64,000 nucleotides of DNA from Octopus sinensis. Lineage: Eukaryota. The stretch's first letter is position 1; each line of letters begins with the position of its first letter. The stretch lies in contig NC_042998.1 in assembly GCF_006345805.1 (NCBI RefSeq), forward strand, positions 102,300,001 to 102,364,000, written 5' to 3'. The notes beneath the pieces were generated by a model. That model saw only the letters and a list, made by a program, of their open reading frames with translations. It was not told where the DNA came from and did no database searches. This document shows positions 1-14,744 of the stretch, piece by piece. A program made the translations under genes and the position numbers.

Positions 1-1605
1 TGGTCCCTTTGCATACTGAACACTTGGTGAAATTGATTAATAATTAATTAATTTTGCCCTCAATTGTTGAAATTATAATTAATCTCCCTCTGATTAATGC
101 TTCGGATTTTACCGAAATAAGCATAGTGTTTGATGATTTTAACCCACGCTGGTGGAAAGGGGAGAACAGAGACTCTTCGCTTGCTTATTTGAATTTGTTG
201 ACACTGTTAGTTACGAGCAGATCTTCGGAAGGGTATGTTCTTATTTTCAGTGTTTCCAAATCCAAACCAAGGAATTTCTGAGCTGATGATAGAAGTGTTG
301 TTTTTGACTAATCTTGAAACGTACGTTCTCAAATAACCTTAGCATTTGATTTTTCGATGTCCTTACCCCCAAACTTTTGTGAGTTGAATTAAGCAAACAC
401 TATATATGAGAGAGATTTTCTTTAAGTATTAGAAATAGCTTTAAAAAAGTTTTTTAGCTGCTATTTCTAATGAGTTCAGTATGCGGCAAAGTAATTTATT
501 TTACTAAGCCCTTTTATATAATGTAATAATTTGAATTCGCCTTGAATGGTCCCTTTGCATACTGAACACTTGGTGAAATTGATTAATAATTAATTAATTT
601 TGCCCTCAATTGTTGAAATTATAATTAATCTCCCTCTGATTAATGCTTCGGATTTTACCGAAATAAGCATAGTGTTTGATGATTTTAACCCACGCTGGTG
701 GAAAGGGGAGAACAGAGACTCTTCGCTTGCTTATTTGAATTTGTTGACACTGTTAGTTACGAGCAGATCTTCGGAAGGGTATGTTCTTATTTTCAGTGTT
801 TCCAAATCCAAACCAAGGAATTTCTGAGCTGATGATAGAAGTGTTGTTTTTGACTAATCTTGAAACGTACGTTCTCAAATAACCTTAGCATTTGATTTTT
901 CGATGTCCTTACCCCCAAACTTTTGTGAGTTGAATTAAGCAAACACTATATATGAGAGACATTTTCTTTAAGTATTAGAAATAGCTTTAAAAAAGTTTTT
1001 TAGCTGCTATTTCTAATGAGTTCAGTATGCGGCAAAGTAATTTATTTTACTAAGCCCTTTTATATAATGTAATAATTTGAATTCGCCTTGAATGGTCCCT
1101 TTGCATACTGAACACTTGGTGAAATTGATTAATAATTAATTAATTTTGCCCTCAATTGTTGAAATTATAATTAATCTCCCTCTGATTAATGCTTCGGATT
1201 TTACCGAAATAAGCATAGTGTTTGATGATTTTAACCCACGCTGGTGGAAAGGGGAGAACAGAGACTCTTCGCTTGCTTATTTGAATTTGTTGACACTGTT
1301 AGTTACGAGCAGATCTTCGGAAGGGTATGTTCTTATTTTCAGTGTTTCCAAATCCAAACCAAGGAATTTCTGAGCTGATGATAGAAGTGTTGTTTTTGAC
1401 TAATCTTGAAACGTACGTTCTCAAATAACCTTAGCATTTGATTTTTCGATGTCCTTACCCCCAAACTTTTGTGAGTTGAATTAAGCAAACACTATATATG
1501 AGAGAGATTTTCTTTAAGTATTAGAAATAGCTTTAAAAAAGTTTTTTAGCTGCTATTTCTAATGAGTTCAGTATGCGGCAAGTAATTTATTTTACTAAGC
1601 CCTTT

Positions 1606-1606
<1 letters not shown>
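1..1606 (+). repeat. Tandem array of a 546-bp unit (about 3 copies, open at the window start); PLE pLTR/retrozyme-like, one hammerhead motif per unit
   Basis: Units start at 1, 547 and 1093 and are near-identical. The array ends in (TA)n. The three identical 75-aa ORFs are a by-product of the repeat. Confidence 0.95.
279..331 (+). ncRNA. Minimal type-I hammerhead ribozyme motif (also at 825-877 and 1371-1423)
   Basis: TGAG-CTGATGA-(26 nt)-GAAA-CGTACG-TT-CTCA. Stem I is TGAG/CTCA, stem III is palindromic, stem II is weak. Confidence 0.7.
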
Positions 1607-1638
<32 letters not shown>

Positions 1639-1642
1639 TTAT

Positions 1643-2944
1643 ATACGAAAAGGTACCCAAAGAAACTGGAATATTGCAATTTTATTATTTTATTTACTTA
1701 ATTTTACATGTTTACAATTTTATCGCCTTCAAAGTATTCTCTATTTGTAGATATGCATCGGTCTTGTCGCTTTTTCCACTGTTCGAAGCAGTCCTGGAGC
1801 TCTTGCGAAGTGATGCCTTTTAAAGCCTCCGTCGTGTTTTTCTTCACTTCTACATCTGCATAACGTTTTCCTTTAAGAACCTTTTTCAATTGGGGAAGCA
1901 AAATATGTTGTAGGGAGCAGGATCGGATGTATAAAGATGTTGGGTAAGCGAGTTCATGCCATTTTTGGTCGAAAAATTGTCTCACACTCAAGATGTGGGC
2001 AAGCGCATTTTCCTGATGAAACAATCACTCTCCACTTTCCCAAGGTTCAGAGCATTTTTTCTCACTGCGTCGCCCAAAATGCTTCAGAACTGTCAAGTAA
2101 TATGTCTGGTTTACAGAGCAAATTCTGTGTGGACAATTCCATTCGCCTCAATGAAACAAATCAGCATCGTTTTCACACTGGACTTCATACGATGCGCTTT
2201 TTGGGGGCGTGGTGACATTGAATACTTCCATTAACTTGATTGCTGCCTCGTTTTGGGGCCGTAGTCCCAGCACCAGTTTTCGTCACTAATGATGACCTTT
2301 GGATCAGCTTCTAACTGTTCTTTCACTTCACGACACACATTAAGTGCTTACTGCTTTTGATCTTCCTTGAGCAAGTGAGACACAACTTTTGCTGCAACAC
2401 TTTTCATTCGCAACTCTTCGCTCAAAATTCTTTGGCAGGAGCCCCAGGACACACCAGTTATATCAACAATTCCGTCAATTGTTCGGTGATAGTTCTTGAA
2501 GATCAGTTCATGAATTTTCGTGATGTTTTTATTCGTTCGCTTGGGCGGTGGTCGTCCTGAGCGAGGCTGGTCTTCAAGCGACAAGTAAACATTACTAAAG
2601 CGTGAAAACCAGTCGTAAACTTGTGTATTTGCTCACGGCACCGTCCTTGTAAGCTGTTTGATGCATAAGAACTATTTTGGCCGCCGTTTTCTCCAGCAGA
2701 AAACAGAATTTCACAGAAGCACGCTGTTCCTTCCGCCAGCCGTCGCAAAAATTGACGAACAGGGGAGAAGGACTGCAAAACAAAGAGGCGGCATCGTGTG
2801 ACCGTACGATTGCAGCTGACGACACCAATCGGCAGACTCATGTCTAAGAGCCGCATCAAGTGGCTTCTCTCGACGCGGAAGACTGAACTACAATGGGTTT
2901 GTCCCACAGAGACCGTTTCGGATACATTTTGGTACCTCCTCATA
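1643..2944 (-). mobile_element. Decayed mariner transposon
   Basis: Frameshifted transposase pieces EQRASVKFCF, SLEDQPRSGRP, LKKVLKGKRY..WKKRQDRCISTNREYFEGD. Imperfect TIRs with TA flanks. Confidence 0.92.
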
Positions 2945-3289
2945 TATATATATGTGTGGGGGTGTGTATTATGTGTGTTATAGAAACACTGATCATCTCT
3001 GAGTTATTTCTAATTACTTTAGTTTTCTTTCTCCCGCCCTTCTTTACTTTCTATTTCCCTTTTCGAGGTTTATATTTTTCTCTTTATCTGTGCCTTGCAT
3101 ATTATTATCTGACATATTTTAATAAATTATATCTCAGAAGGCAATTTTGAATTTTGATTTATTTCTCACCAAACTCCTTAATGAAGTGACTTTTTCTTAT
3201 TCTCTAATTTCGTTACATACATTTCACTGGTAAATTATATACTAAATATATACATTATTGCTTCAATCTCAAATATCCTTTTGGCAAAT

Positions 3290-5062
3290 TTTGCTTTTAT
3301 AATTGACATTTTAGTTTGCATTTATTTTCAAAAATTTGCATCACTTCAGATACAAATATAAATTGTCATTTTTTTTTTTACAAAAATGGAAAACATAATC
3401 ACATATGTTGCACGTTTGAATTTTAAAACATTTTAATGTATTGATTTTGTTTGATAGAATCAACCGTTGAAGTTTCCCAGCTGCACAGCAATTAGTTTCT
3501 CCTCTTTTTGAACCACTTTTAACCAACCTTATTAATTCATTCATAGTTTGGCCCTAATTTGGAAACTTGTGCCGTCTTATATTCAAAGACATTTCTACTC
3601 AAATTTTCCCTTCTTTATTCAGGTAGATCACTATCAGTACCTTACAACCTTCTTGCAATATATGCAATTCTCCCATATGACAAAGGAGAATGACTTCAGG
3701 TAGGTTTAAATGATATATCTAGAAAATTAGGCGATTGCGAGGTGCTTCCTTATTTCACTCCATATAGACATTATTATTTTTAGAATGTGCAAGTTTAATA
3801 TCCCTGGTTTGTGTTTCGTAGCAAGATGTTGTTGTTGATTACCACTAGGCCAGTTTTGCATAAACAAAGTGAACTAAGTTATAATAATTCAAACTTTGAT
3901 AAACACGCCTTTTTAATGCTCCAAGTACTTCTGGTATTAACATCTGTTATTTGAATGGGATCTGTTTGTTTTCCTTGTAAGCTTTCAGACTGTACCAGCA
4001 TCCTGTAAGAGGCTTATATTACAATAAGTATGTATATGTACCATCACTCTGTGTCATAGGGTTTTACCTAAAATTTAACCATAATCTACAAGGCACGCCA
4101 CAATGACTATGCCTTAATAGAGCTTAGGCGAATTAAAAGTATTAATGCTTGGTATTGTTTTACGCATTTATATCATTGATGGACTGTCGGAGAAATAGAT
4201 GACTTCATGGTGAAGCTAGCAAAGAGAAATTGATATGCAGAAATATATTGACTAATGCATAATCAGATTAAGTAACGCTAGAAACACTACCATTTACGCA
4301 AATAACATTACATTTTGCATAGCCTACTCTTTCATTTTACTTAAAAAAGAAAATAGCATTATGAAGTAAGATGATAGAATCTGCATCTCAGACAACGAAC
4401 AAGATATAATGCCAACAGCTGGAACGATAATAACAATGATGATTATAATTGATAGATGTTGTATTAAATGACAAGTGAAGCAAAAGTTCATAATGGTATT
4501 GTTAATTAAAAGAACGATGATTAAAATCAGAAAACCTAGTGTACAAACTTCACGTAAAATAAACCTCTTCCTCTTAGACAATCGATGTTGTTGCACCAGC
4601 TGCTAAAAGTACAAACCGTAGTATCTTTCTAAGTTCATAGATGTATATTCACAAGACGAGAAATGATTGGTTTACGTTAGTTTTCAGGAACATAGTGAAT
4701 TGTAAATGTTTCTATTGATTTTTTTTTCATGAAATAATTATTCTGTTCATCCCCGTAGATTGCTGGCATGTTACGGCAATGCCCACTTCTTATTCCAACT
4801 CCTATTTGTGTTGCATATACTAAGTTAGTATCTCTTCTGAATATTGAGTATATAAATTAAGAAAGATATTTTCTTTCCATCTGAATCTCCCGTTTGAAAT
4901 ATTATTCGATCAAGGTTATCAAAGTTTCCCAAATAATTGGAGTAACAGCAACAACACCATGGGTAAACATTGTACCCATCCGTATGAGTGAACAAAACGA
5001 AAGCAATGACTAAACAATATCAATAATAAAGATATGAAAATAAGACAAATGAAAATCTTCAC
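3290..5062 (-). pseudogene. Intronless nAChR-like (Cys-loop) subunit pseudogene
   Basis: In order across frames: signal-like KIFICLIFISLLL, LFTHTDGYNVYP, DTNLVY, SSCEYTSMNL/KDTTVCTFSSW (Cys codons at 4653 and 4613, 2 nt short of C-x13-C), YYRSSCW, TM1 MVVFLALLNLIM, TM2 IYFCISISL, TM3 IPSINTFN..IVIVACLV, then HR(S)DGTYT. The 3' limit is uncertain. Confidence 0.75.
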
Positions 5063-5334
5063 TAAATACAATATGAACCGTGAGGACTTAGTCTATGTAT
5101 TGTTTTAATGTTGAAGATGGATGTTGTTTTGTTGAAGATGGATGCTGTTTTGTTGTTGAAGTATTGCTGTTACTTTCGTTGTAGTTATTACTGATACGGT
5201 AGTTCTTGTTCGTGATTATAGCTGGTGTTTTGATTGTGGTAGCAGTCGTAGGAGTGATTACTTAGTTTTGAGGGATACACACGCGCATAATTATAAACAT
5301 TGATAATTATCTGAGTCATTTCTCAGATGAGAGT

Positions 5335-5840
5335 TCGAGAGTAAATTAATTAATTAATTTTACCGTTCATTATTATTATTGATAAAATAATTCTCTCCCT
5401 GAGAGTAAACTACAGTTTTTCTGTTGAATTTTACTCAATAACAGACGTGGGTAGGTGAGGGAGAATATGAGATCTCAATTGTCTGTTTGAATTGGGAAGT
5501 ACTGGTTATTGGATGTAGTTTGTCTGATGGCGCTTGGTCAGGTAAGGTATGTTTAATGCTTTACAGTGCTCTCAAATTTAAATCTTGAAATAATGTACTG
5601 AAGAGCGAGAATGATGAAGTGGAAATGTGGTTTTTTGCATTTTTCATATCTATCTAACTCCGAAACGCGTCTACAGTTAATCAAAGCCGAGTGAATTTGT
5701 TATTTTTTTCTCTTTGCCTACGTGGGTTGTTGAGTATTATTGTCTGGGAGATTTTCTTATGGTAGAGAAATAGCTAGTTTTGACTGATATTTCTATATTT
5801 CGGTATGTGGTGAAGCGAATTTTTGATGAACCCTAATTAT
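5335..5840 (+). mobile_element. Solo PLE pLTR-like repeat related to the 546-bp unit, with a hammerhead at 5594-5675
   Basis: Start and end motifs resemble the 1-546 unit. TGTA-CTGAAGA-long stem II-GAAA-CGCG-TC-TACA. Confidence 0.75.
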
Positions 5841-5959
5841 AATTATACTCAAAATTATAAAAATTATTTTACATAATTATTCAACTTCTTTTACTTCCGC
5901 ACATGTCTCGAAGACATCTTTGATATTATTCCAAAGGAATAAAATGGTGTAAAACAATG

Positions 5960-7950
5960 TAATCTTCCCTTCAGGGAATTGAAGGAAGAAAACTCGTCAA
6001 TAAGACAACTTCTCATATCTGCACTCGGTCTCTTGGGGAGGTGCTTATGTCCTATCATGAGTGCTGCTTATTTTAGTTTTCGTATTTTCAGTGGTATTCT
6101 CTACTTCATCCTACATGCTGAGGTGGTCTCTATTTTTCCATACATGATTAGCTATAACCAATTTATCAATATCTCCTCGTGTCACAGCTTTGCGATATTC
6201 GTCTACCCTTATTTTTGAGGGTGTGGCATGTTTCGCCTTTGTATATCCTACCACAGCTGCATGGGATGGAGTACACGCAGTCTTGGTCATATTCTCTTCT
6301 ATTGGTGGTTTTACTCGTAGGAGGTATTTGCGATGTGTTGTATTATTCCTGAATACTGTCTTGATGTCATATGCGCCGCATATCTTTCACACAGGGGAGA
6401 CAGACTGTGGACAGTTTATTGGTTACATCCTCTCTTTTCTTCATAATTGGAGTGGATAGTATGTTTTGGGGTGGTTGTTATTTACTAGATTTTTACTTAG
6501 CTTGATGATTTCTTCGTGGTGAGAATCACGATCGCTACTTATATTCTTTGCTCGATGTTTTAGGCACTGAGCAATCCCTCTCTTTACATTGTATGGATGG
6601 TTTTATTGAGTTCACATGATGTAACGACACACGGATATCTTGCTGGTGGGGCCAGAGTATGAATATATCATCAACATATCGCAGCCATAGTGTTGGTTTT
6701 TGTGGTGTTGATCCTAAAGGCAAATTCTCAAAGTATTCCATGTATATATTAGCTATTATCGGTGATAATGGCGAACCCATAGCTAAACCTTCCTCTTGTC
6801 GACATATACCAGTCTCCATGCTGCAGTTTGTAGTTTCTACACAGAAGGTCAACGTTTCCATCAGGTTTCTTATTGGTATACTAGTGCGTTCTTTTAGATG
6901 GGTGTCTGTCACTAGTTTTCCTTGAATCACCGATAGTGCTTCCCCGGTTGGGACTTTGGTGAACAGATTTATCTCATCTAGACTCACCATCTGGTTGGAT
7001 TCAATGAGGGTATCCATGATAAATTCTGTGATGTGGGTAGAATTTTTCCCCTCTGATGTTGACATTCCTGCTAATGGAAGCGGCACAATGGATGACATGC
7101 TGAACCTCTATAGCTCACTATAAGTCTTAATGGAATAGCATCCTTGTGAATCTTAGGGGGAGCCTATATGTGTGGTAGTTTACTGTAGTGTTGATTCAGT
7201 TGTCTATACTTCATTGGTGTAAAGTGTTCCTTGTTCTTGATCAAGATCTGTGACAACTTCCTCTCTGTTTTCAGAGCTGGGCCTGTCTTTTCTTTGCTGT
7301 AGCAACCATCACTTATAAGACTTGCCGATGTTTCAGAGTAGTCATTCTTGTTCATCACCACTATAGAATTTCGCTTGTCCGCTGGAATTATTATGATGGA
7401 ATTATCACTCAGTAGTCTTTTGATAGCGAACTTTCTTCCTTAGTGATGTTTGATTTCGGATGTTTCGCTTTTTCTAGTACCTGTTTCCCTTTCCACTTTA
7501 GTTCATCTCCCTGAGCTTTTGGTATCATTATGGCTATCTCTTCAATAGGAGCTATTATGTCCAAGTATGGAATGTGCTTGATGGTTGCCGCAAAGTTGAG
7601 ATCTTTGTTTAGTACTGCTTCTTCAGAACTTTCTAGATATCGGCTACTTACATTAATTACTGCTTTCAAAAGTGGGTGACGGACTTCAGTCTTCATTCTC
7701 TGACCTTCGAGTTTCATAAACTTCTTAATGTGGGGTGACTTCACCATTGCAAATTCTTTCATGTACAACTTTTATAGATCTTGTTGGATTATCTTTCTAT
7801 CATCATCTCTGGTTATTTTCCTAAGTAATGAAGATAACCTCTCTTTGCTTTCCCCAAGACACCTGATGAAGATTTGAGGGCATATCAGCCGAAACGTTAA
7901 CAACAAACAAGGTGAGGACGAATATCCGTCAAATGTAAATAATGTAAATG
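5960..7950 (-). mobile_element. Penelope-like retroelement remnant (RT) with an oppositely oriented pLTR at 7850-7950
   Basis: GLAMGSPLSPIIANIYME and WLRYVDDIF. Degenerate CTGATGA..GAAACGTT on + at 7863-7898. Confidence 0.9.
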
Positions 7951-8211
7951 ATATATATATATATATTTAAGTAAAAATATATAGATACATGAAATCCGAT
8001 AGTACTCGTCAATTATGCTCCTTAATGTACCGTTCCACAGAACATATAGAAGTAACTTACTTATTATTCAATATAAAGATATAAATTATTTACATGTTTT
8101 CCACTTATATAGCAATTTGTCGTGAAATTAGAATTTTCTCCCTGTTAAATAAAATTTCATCAAACTATTTCTCTGTTATCTGTGACTTTATATATATAAT
8201 CCTTTATTTTT

Positions 8212-8588
8212 TATCTGTTTTAATCATTAGACTGCAGCGCATTGAATTTCTGTTTTTAGTTGAAAGAATCGACCCCATTACTTATATTTTAAGCCTGGTA
8301 CTTATTCTATCGGGCTGTTTTGTCGAAATGCTAATTTACAGGGACTCAAACACACCGACACTGGTTGTCAACTGGTGACGGGTGGGGGTGAACATAGACA
8401 CACATGCATAGATATATATGTATATATATACGACGGGCTTCTTTCAGTTTTCGTCTATCAAATCCACTTACAAGGCTTTGGTCCGCCCGAGGCTATAGTA
8501 CAAAATATTTATCCAAAATGCCACGCAGTTGGACTGAACCCGGAACTATGCGGTTGGGAAGCAAGATTCTTACAACACAACCACGCCA
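8212..8588 (-). mobile_element. tRNA-derived octopus-type SINE (decayed)
   Basis: Same family as 20090-20485 and 45431-45848. Confidence 0.85.
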
Positions 8589-8639
8589 TGTATGCATATG
8601 TATATTTAGATGTGTCTGCATGCGTGTGTTTTTGCAATA

Positions 8640-9250
8640 TTTAAGTTAGTGATAGCATTTAAAGCAACCAGTGAAACATTTGGATGTTGTAGCTCACCAT
8701 ACACTTAAGAAAGACTTTTCAGCGAAATGTACAGCTTCCCAGATTTACCGGGAATAGCAGTTTGTATAATGTATTCGCCATGTTGTTGTTTTTAAATAAT
8801 ACCCCTTTATAACTTCAGTTGAATCCATGTCGTAAGTAAATAAAGAAGAGCAATCAAATATTGCACACGCTAAAGACAAATATACGTTGAACAATTATAC
8901 CAGTGTTTTAATCGTGGAAAGTAGGAAATCACTACGGGTACTCAAAATCCAAGAATAGCGTGAAAACTTTGTGACATCACATGTGTTTCATAGAAAGGAT
9001 AGATATAGTTCAAAATCGAACCCTAAGTATTTTCTGTATGCACCTGGGGATGGTAAAATAGATGTGTTTTACATAACTTATAACCTAGAATTATCGTTCC
9101 ATCGACGATTTAATATACGCATTTCTTCTATGCTAGAGTATAATCTCAATGTTCTCCTTTCGATAATGCTGAAAATTCTTATACATGTTTTACACTAATG
9201 TATCATCACTTCATTATCAGTAACAATAAAGCGAAAATTGGTGCTTTACT
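8640..9250 (-). pseudogene. nAChR-like pseudogene, partial
   Basis: IRIFSII, RRWNDNSRL, Cys-loop remnant (F)DFELY/YPFYE/TCDVTKFS, QHGEY, LYISLK..PNVSLVALNAI (TM1). Cut by the SINE. Confidence 0.65.
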
Positions 9251-9369
9251 CTTACCTTTCTCAAAATTAAGATGAAGTATGATTTCCTTCTTTTCACTTG
9301 GTTAAAGTCTGTCAAGAAACATCAATGTAACAAACATAATTTATAATTATCTTTGTATTAAATATATTT

Positions 9370-10850
9370 TAGTTATTTCGAAAATCATCAAAGCTACTAT
9401 CTGAGCTTCTCGGTAGTTACTCTACAATATAATTATAAAGTTTAAAATAGAATTATCTCAATTTATAGTAATTTTGTAACAGGATAAGCGATCAAAAATA
9501 TCTGCTGTGACTGAAGGAGATTTTAAAGTTAAGTTCTCATCATCAATTGATTATACATGCGGTTTGAATTATATATTCAAAATTCGTTTATCCAAAGTAT
9601 TAAAACAGCTATAAATATTATATATCCATAAAATATCACTGAATATTGTAAAACTTTCAAATTATTTCATTTCAATGGAATGGAACCAATATGGATTTTA
9701 TGTAAAATCTGAAAAATAACCCGATATTCAAACCAGACAACATGGGTTAGAATGGAAAGAATAAAACACGAAACACTATTCAATATAGGAAGGTAAGTAG
9801 ATAGATTTGAGTTTCAGCAATATAATATGAATATATAATTTCCGAAGCCATCAATTACAGAATATTTGTAGAAAGAAAAGACAAGTAAAATATTACTAAA
9901 TACATAAATTAACTAACTCGTGATCTATGTATATTTGAAGTTTATTATAAATCGATGTGTTTTAATTATCCCTAATAACGTAATAGCGCACGGGAAGTAA
10001 GGAGTCAATTTATGGAAATAACCAATTCATTAAATTATACATTTTCTGTTATGAAATTCAAAATGTGATCATTAATGTAATGATACTTTCCAGTTTTCCG
10101 TGTACGTTATGAAACAATCGCACGTACAAACATTACATGTTTGAACATATGTCTAAATGTATGTATACATTTACCAATATCTGTATGTGTGTGTGTGTGT
10201 GTGTGTGCGGGTGCGTGTGTATCAATATGTAACTATGTGCATATATACATACACATCATCTGTGCATAAATATAATCACTCCTAACAAGGACAGGCATAT
10301 TCTGTAAGTCATTAAAGAAAACGGTGTAAGAAAACATGAGAGATCTGAATGAAAGTAAATGAATTCAATAACATATTTGGAATATCTTGTTTGGACATTT
10401 TTTATCAAGGGAATTCAGAATGAAAAATTACAGAAATTTCATACATGGTTGAATATTTAATGATATTAATGAACAAAAATATATCTAAAAACAAACAAAA
10501 ATATAGTTCATTAAAAGTAAGTAATCAAGTTAATTGTCATAAATAACTTTATTTAAGTGGTCTTCAATTTGTCGCACAAAGATGGGCGAAAGCTATGTAT
10601 TCCTGTTTTTTATATGTAAAACTTTGCTGCTTTCCCAGAATTATGATTCTATTCAGGATATACTTTAGATATTGAACGACTTAATTTTAATATATTAAGA
10701 GTTGAACTAATAACTCATAAAGTACAGTTACTATTTTCACATGCTCACAAACATAATAGAAAATTGTGTGAAAATAAACAAAACTTCAAGAATAAAAAAT
10801 ATTTTAAAAACACAAATACCGCCATTTTGAGTGGTGTTTCTCTCTCTTCT
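9370..10850 (+). pseudogene. nAChR-like pseudogene
   Basis: KLLSELLGSY, IKFKIELSQFI, EGDFKVKF..DY, CKI*KITRYSNQTTW (C at 9701 + 13 codons + TGG), GK*IDL, EVYYKSMCFNYP, IINVMILSSFPC, YLEYLVWTF. Confidence 0.72.
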
Positions 10851-10856
10851 GCTATG

Positions 10857-10941
<85 letters not shown>

Positions 10942-10944
<3 letters not shown>

Positions 10945-11335
10945 AATTAAGGGCTAAAGAGGGTTATTCAAAAGCCAATACACTGATTTATCCACTTATA
11001 ATCCACTTGCTACAGGAGAATTGAAACTGAAAACGGGCAACTAACCTTTAGAAAATTTAAATTTCGTTATCTCTATATTGAATCAATTTCGGACTTAATC
11101 TTATAAAAAAGATATATTCTTTCTTCAGTAGAGCTTTCGAAAGCTCTACTGAAGAAAGAATATATCTTTTTTATAAGATTAAGTCCGAAATTGATTCAAT
11201 ATAGAGATAACGAAATTTAAATTTTCTAAAGGTTAGTTGCCCGTTTTCAGTTTCAATTCTCCTGTAGCAAGCGGATTATAAGTGGATAAATCAGTGTATT
11301 GGCTTTTGAATAACCCTCTTTAGCCCTTAATTATA
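10942..11335. repeat. 394-bp zero-spacer palindrome with a hammerhead-like motif in each arm
   Basis: 197-bp arms, centre between 11138 and 11139, one mismatch seen. CTCTA-CTGAAGA..GAAA-TTGATTCAA-TA-TAGAG at 11144-11206. Confidence 0.95.
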
Positions 11336-11438
11336 TGATGTTTATACTTCAACCGTAACGGTTTTTTTAAATATACTGCCCACGCTTCCTGATGGATTCC
11401 TTTTCTGTAGAGAAAGGGACTTCATCCTATATTGCTAG

Positions 11439-13168
<1,730 letters not shown>

Positions 13169-13169
13169 T

Positions 13170-13317
13170 ATTATTCAAAATATTCAACGTAAACACGATG
13201 TTTCTACCTTTATAAACAAGGAGTTACAACATCTTTACTTGTGAGATTTTTGCTACCCTGGTAACTATTTATTTTTTCCGTGTTAATTGTTAACAAGGTA
13301 AAAATACACTCGTCTAT

Positions 13318-13384
<67 letters not shown>

Positions 13385-14703
13385 GCATATATACTCATAT
13401 ATTTTTACATACATACACATACATACATATATATCTATGTGTGTGTGTATAGGTATACATAGGTATATATATGATAGGGTGTCATAAACTGTAAACAACA
13501 TGAAATACGAAAAGAAATGAGTTGAGAACACAAATAATGAGACAAACAAATGAAAACAGGACACATAACATAAAGAACGACCATTCATCATTTGTCAGCT
13601 GTCTATCTACTCCGCAAAAGCAGAAATAAAACTTGGGATTTGCGGAGGGTCAGATTTGGGAACAAAAACAGGACAGTGGAGACATACATGGAAACCGAAC
13701 GAAAAGAAGCAAACGAGGTAAAGTAGTGAACGCTGGAGAAATATTGTCTTTGGCAAGAGAAAAGATAGAAGAGAGAGGCAGATAGGATACGTGCAGTCTC
13801 TACAACAGCACTGAAGGAAAAGAAAGATGATTACATGAGGAAAAGAAAGATGGACGATGGTCACGTGTGAGCAACGAGAGAGAGAGAGAGTAAAGGAGGG
13901 AGAGGGAGAGAGATACATACAGAAGATGGTAGAGGGGAGAAAATGGTATTAGAGAAAGGATGAGTGAGAAAGGATAGGGAATAGAGAACAGTAAAGAGTG
14001 TGTATATATATAAATATATGAGAGAATGAGGAAATATAATTCACGAGATTCTTTCTCTTTCTCTGTAATGTTATATACTCGACGGACACGAAGAATTCCA
14101 GAAGTAAATCTAGTAGCACATATATCAATATTGTTGTTGACATCAGAAAACCGAAGACAGTCAACGTGCTTTAAACGGCATACTACCCGGTGTATATTCA
14201 AATTTATGTTTTGACAATTGCAATGGAAAAATCATCTCTACTTTTCATATAATAAAAAGAAAATTCACCCTTGAGTATAAATGACAAACACTGAAAACTG
14301 TTTTAGATATTTTAGATGTTTTATTTTTAGATATTACGCTTATTTCGAAGTTTGCAATTGTCCTCGTATCATTGTTGAATGAATTGTAAACTGTCAAATA
14401 GAAATAATATCTTAAGCCACAATTTTGAATGTTTATTACACTCACTCCCACACACACATAGCCGAACCGTTGGCGTAACCAGATTAACTGCCTTTTTTAA
14501 ATTTGCATTGATTTGTGAATATCATTGTATTGTATAACGTGCAGCATGCATATCAATGCAAAGATAAGATATGATTTATTCTATATTGAACACATTACTA
14601 CATGATGGTGACTGCGAAGACGACCGTAAGATACTATAATCCAAACGATGTCAAGTGGTTAAATAAATATATTCACCTCTCGTATTTCCTTTGACTTTTT
14701 ATG

Positions 14704-14744
<41 letters not shown>

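Noticed and set aside
54-1373. Three identical 75-aa ORFs
   Set aside because: They have TTG starts, no recognisable domain, and arise from the tandem repeat.
4324-4660. GPCR pseudogene suggested by an ERY motif and a hydrophobic ORF
   Set aside because: The ERY is an out-of-frame reading of the Cys-loop. The flanking motifs fit nAChR, not a 7TM protein.
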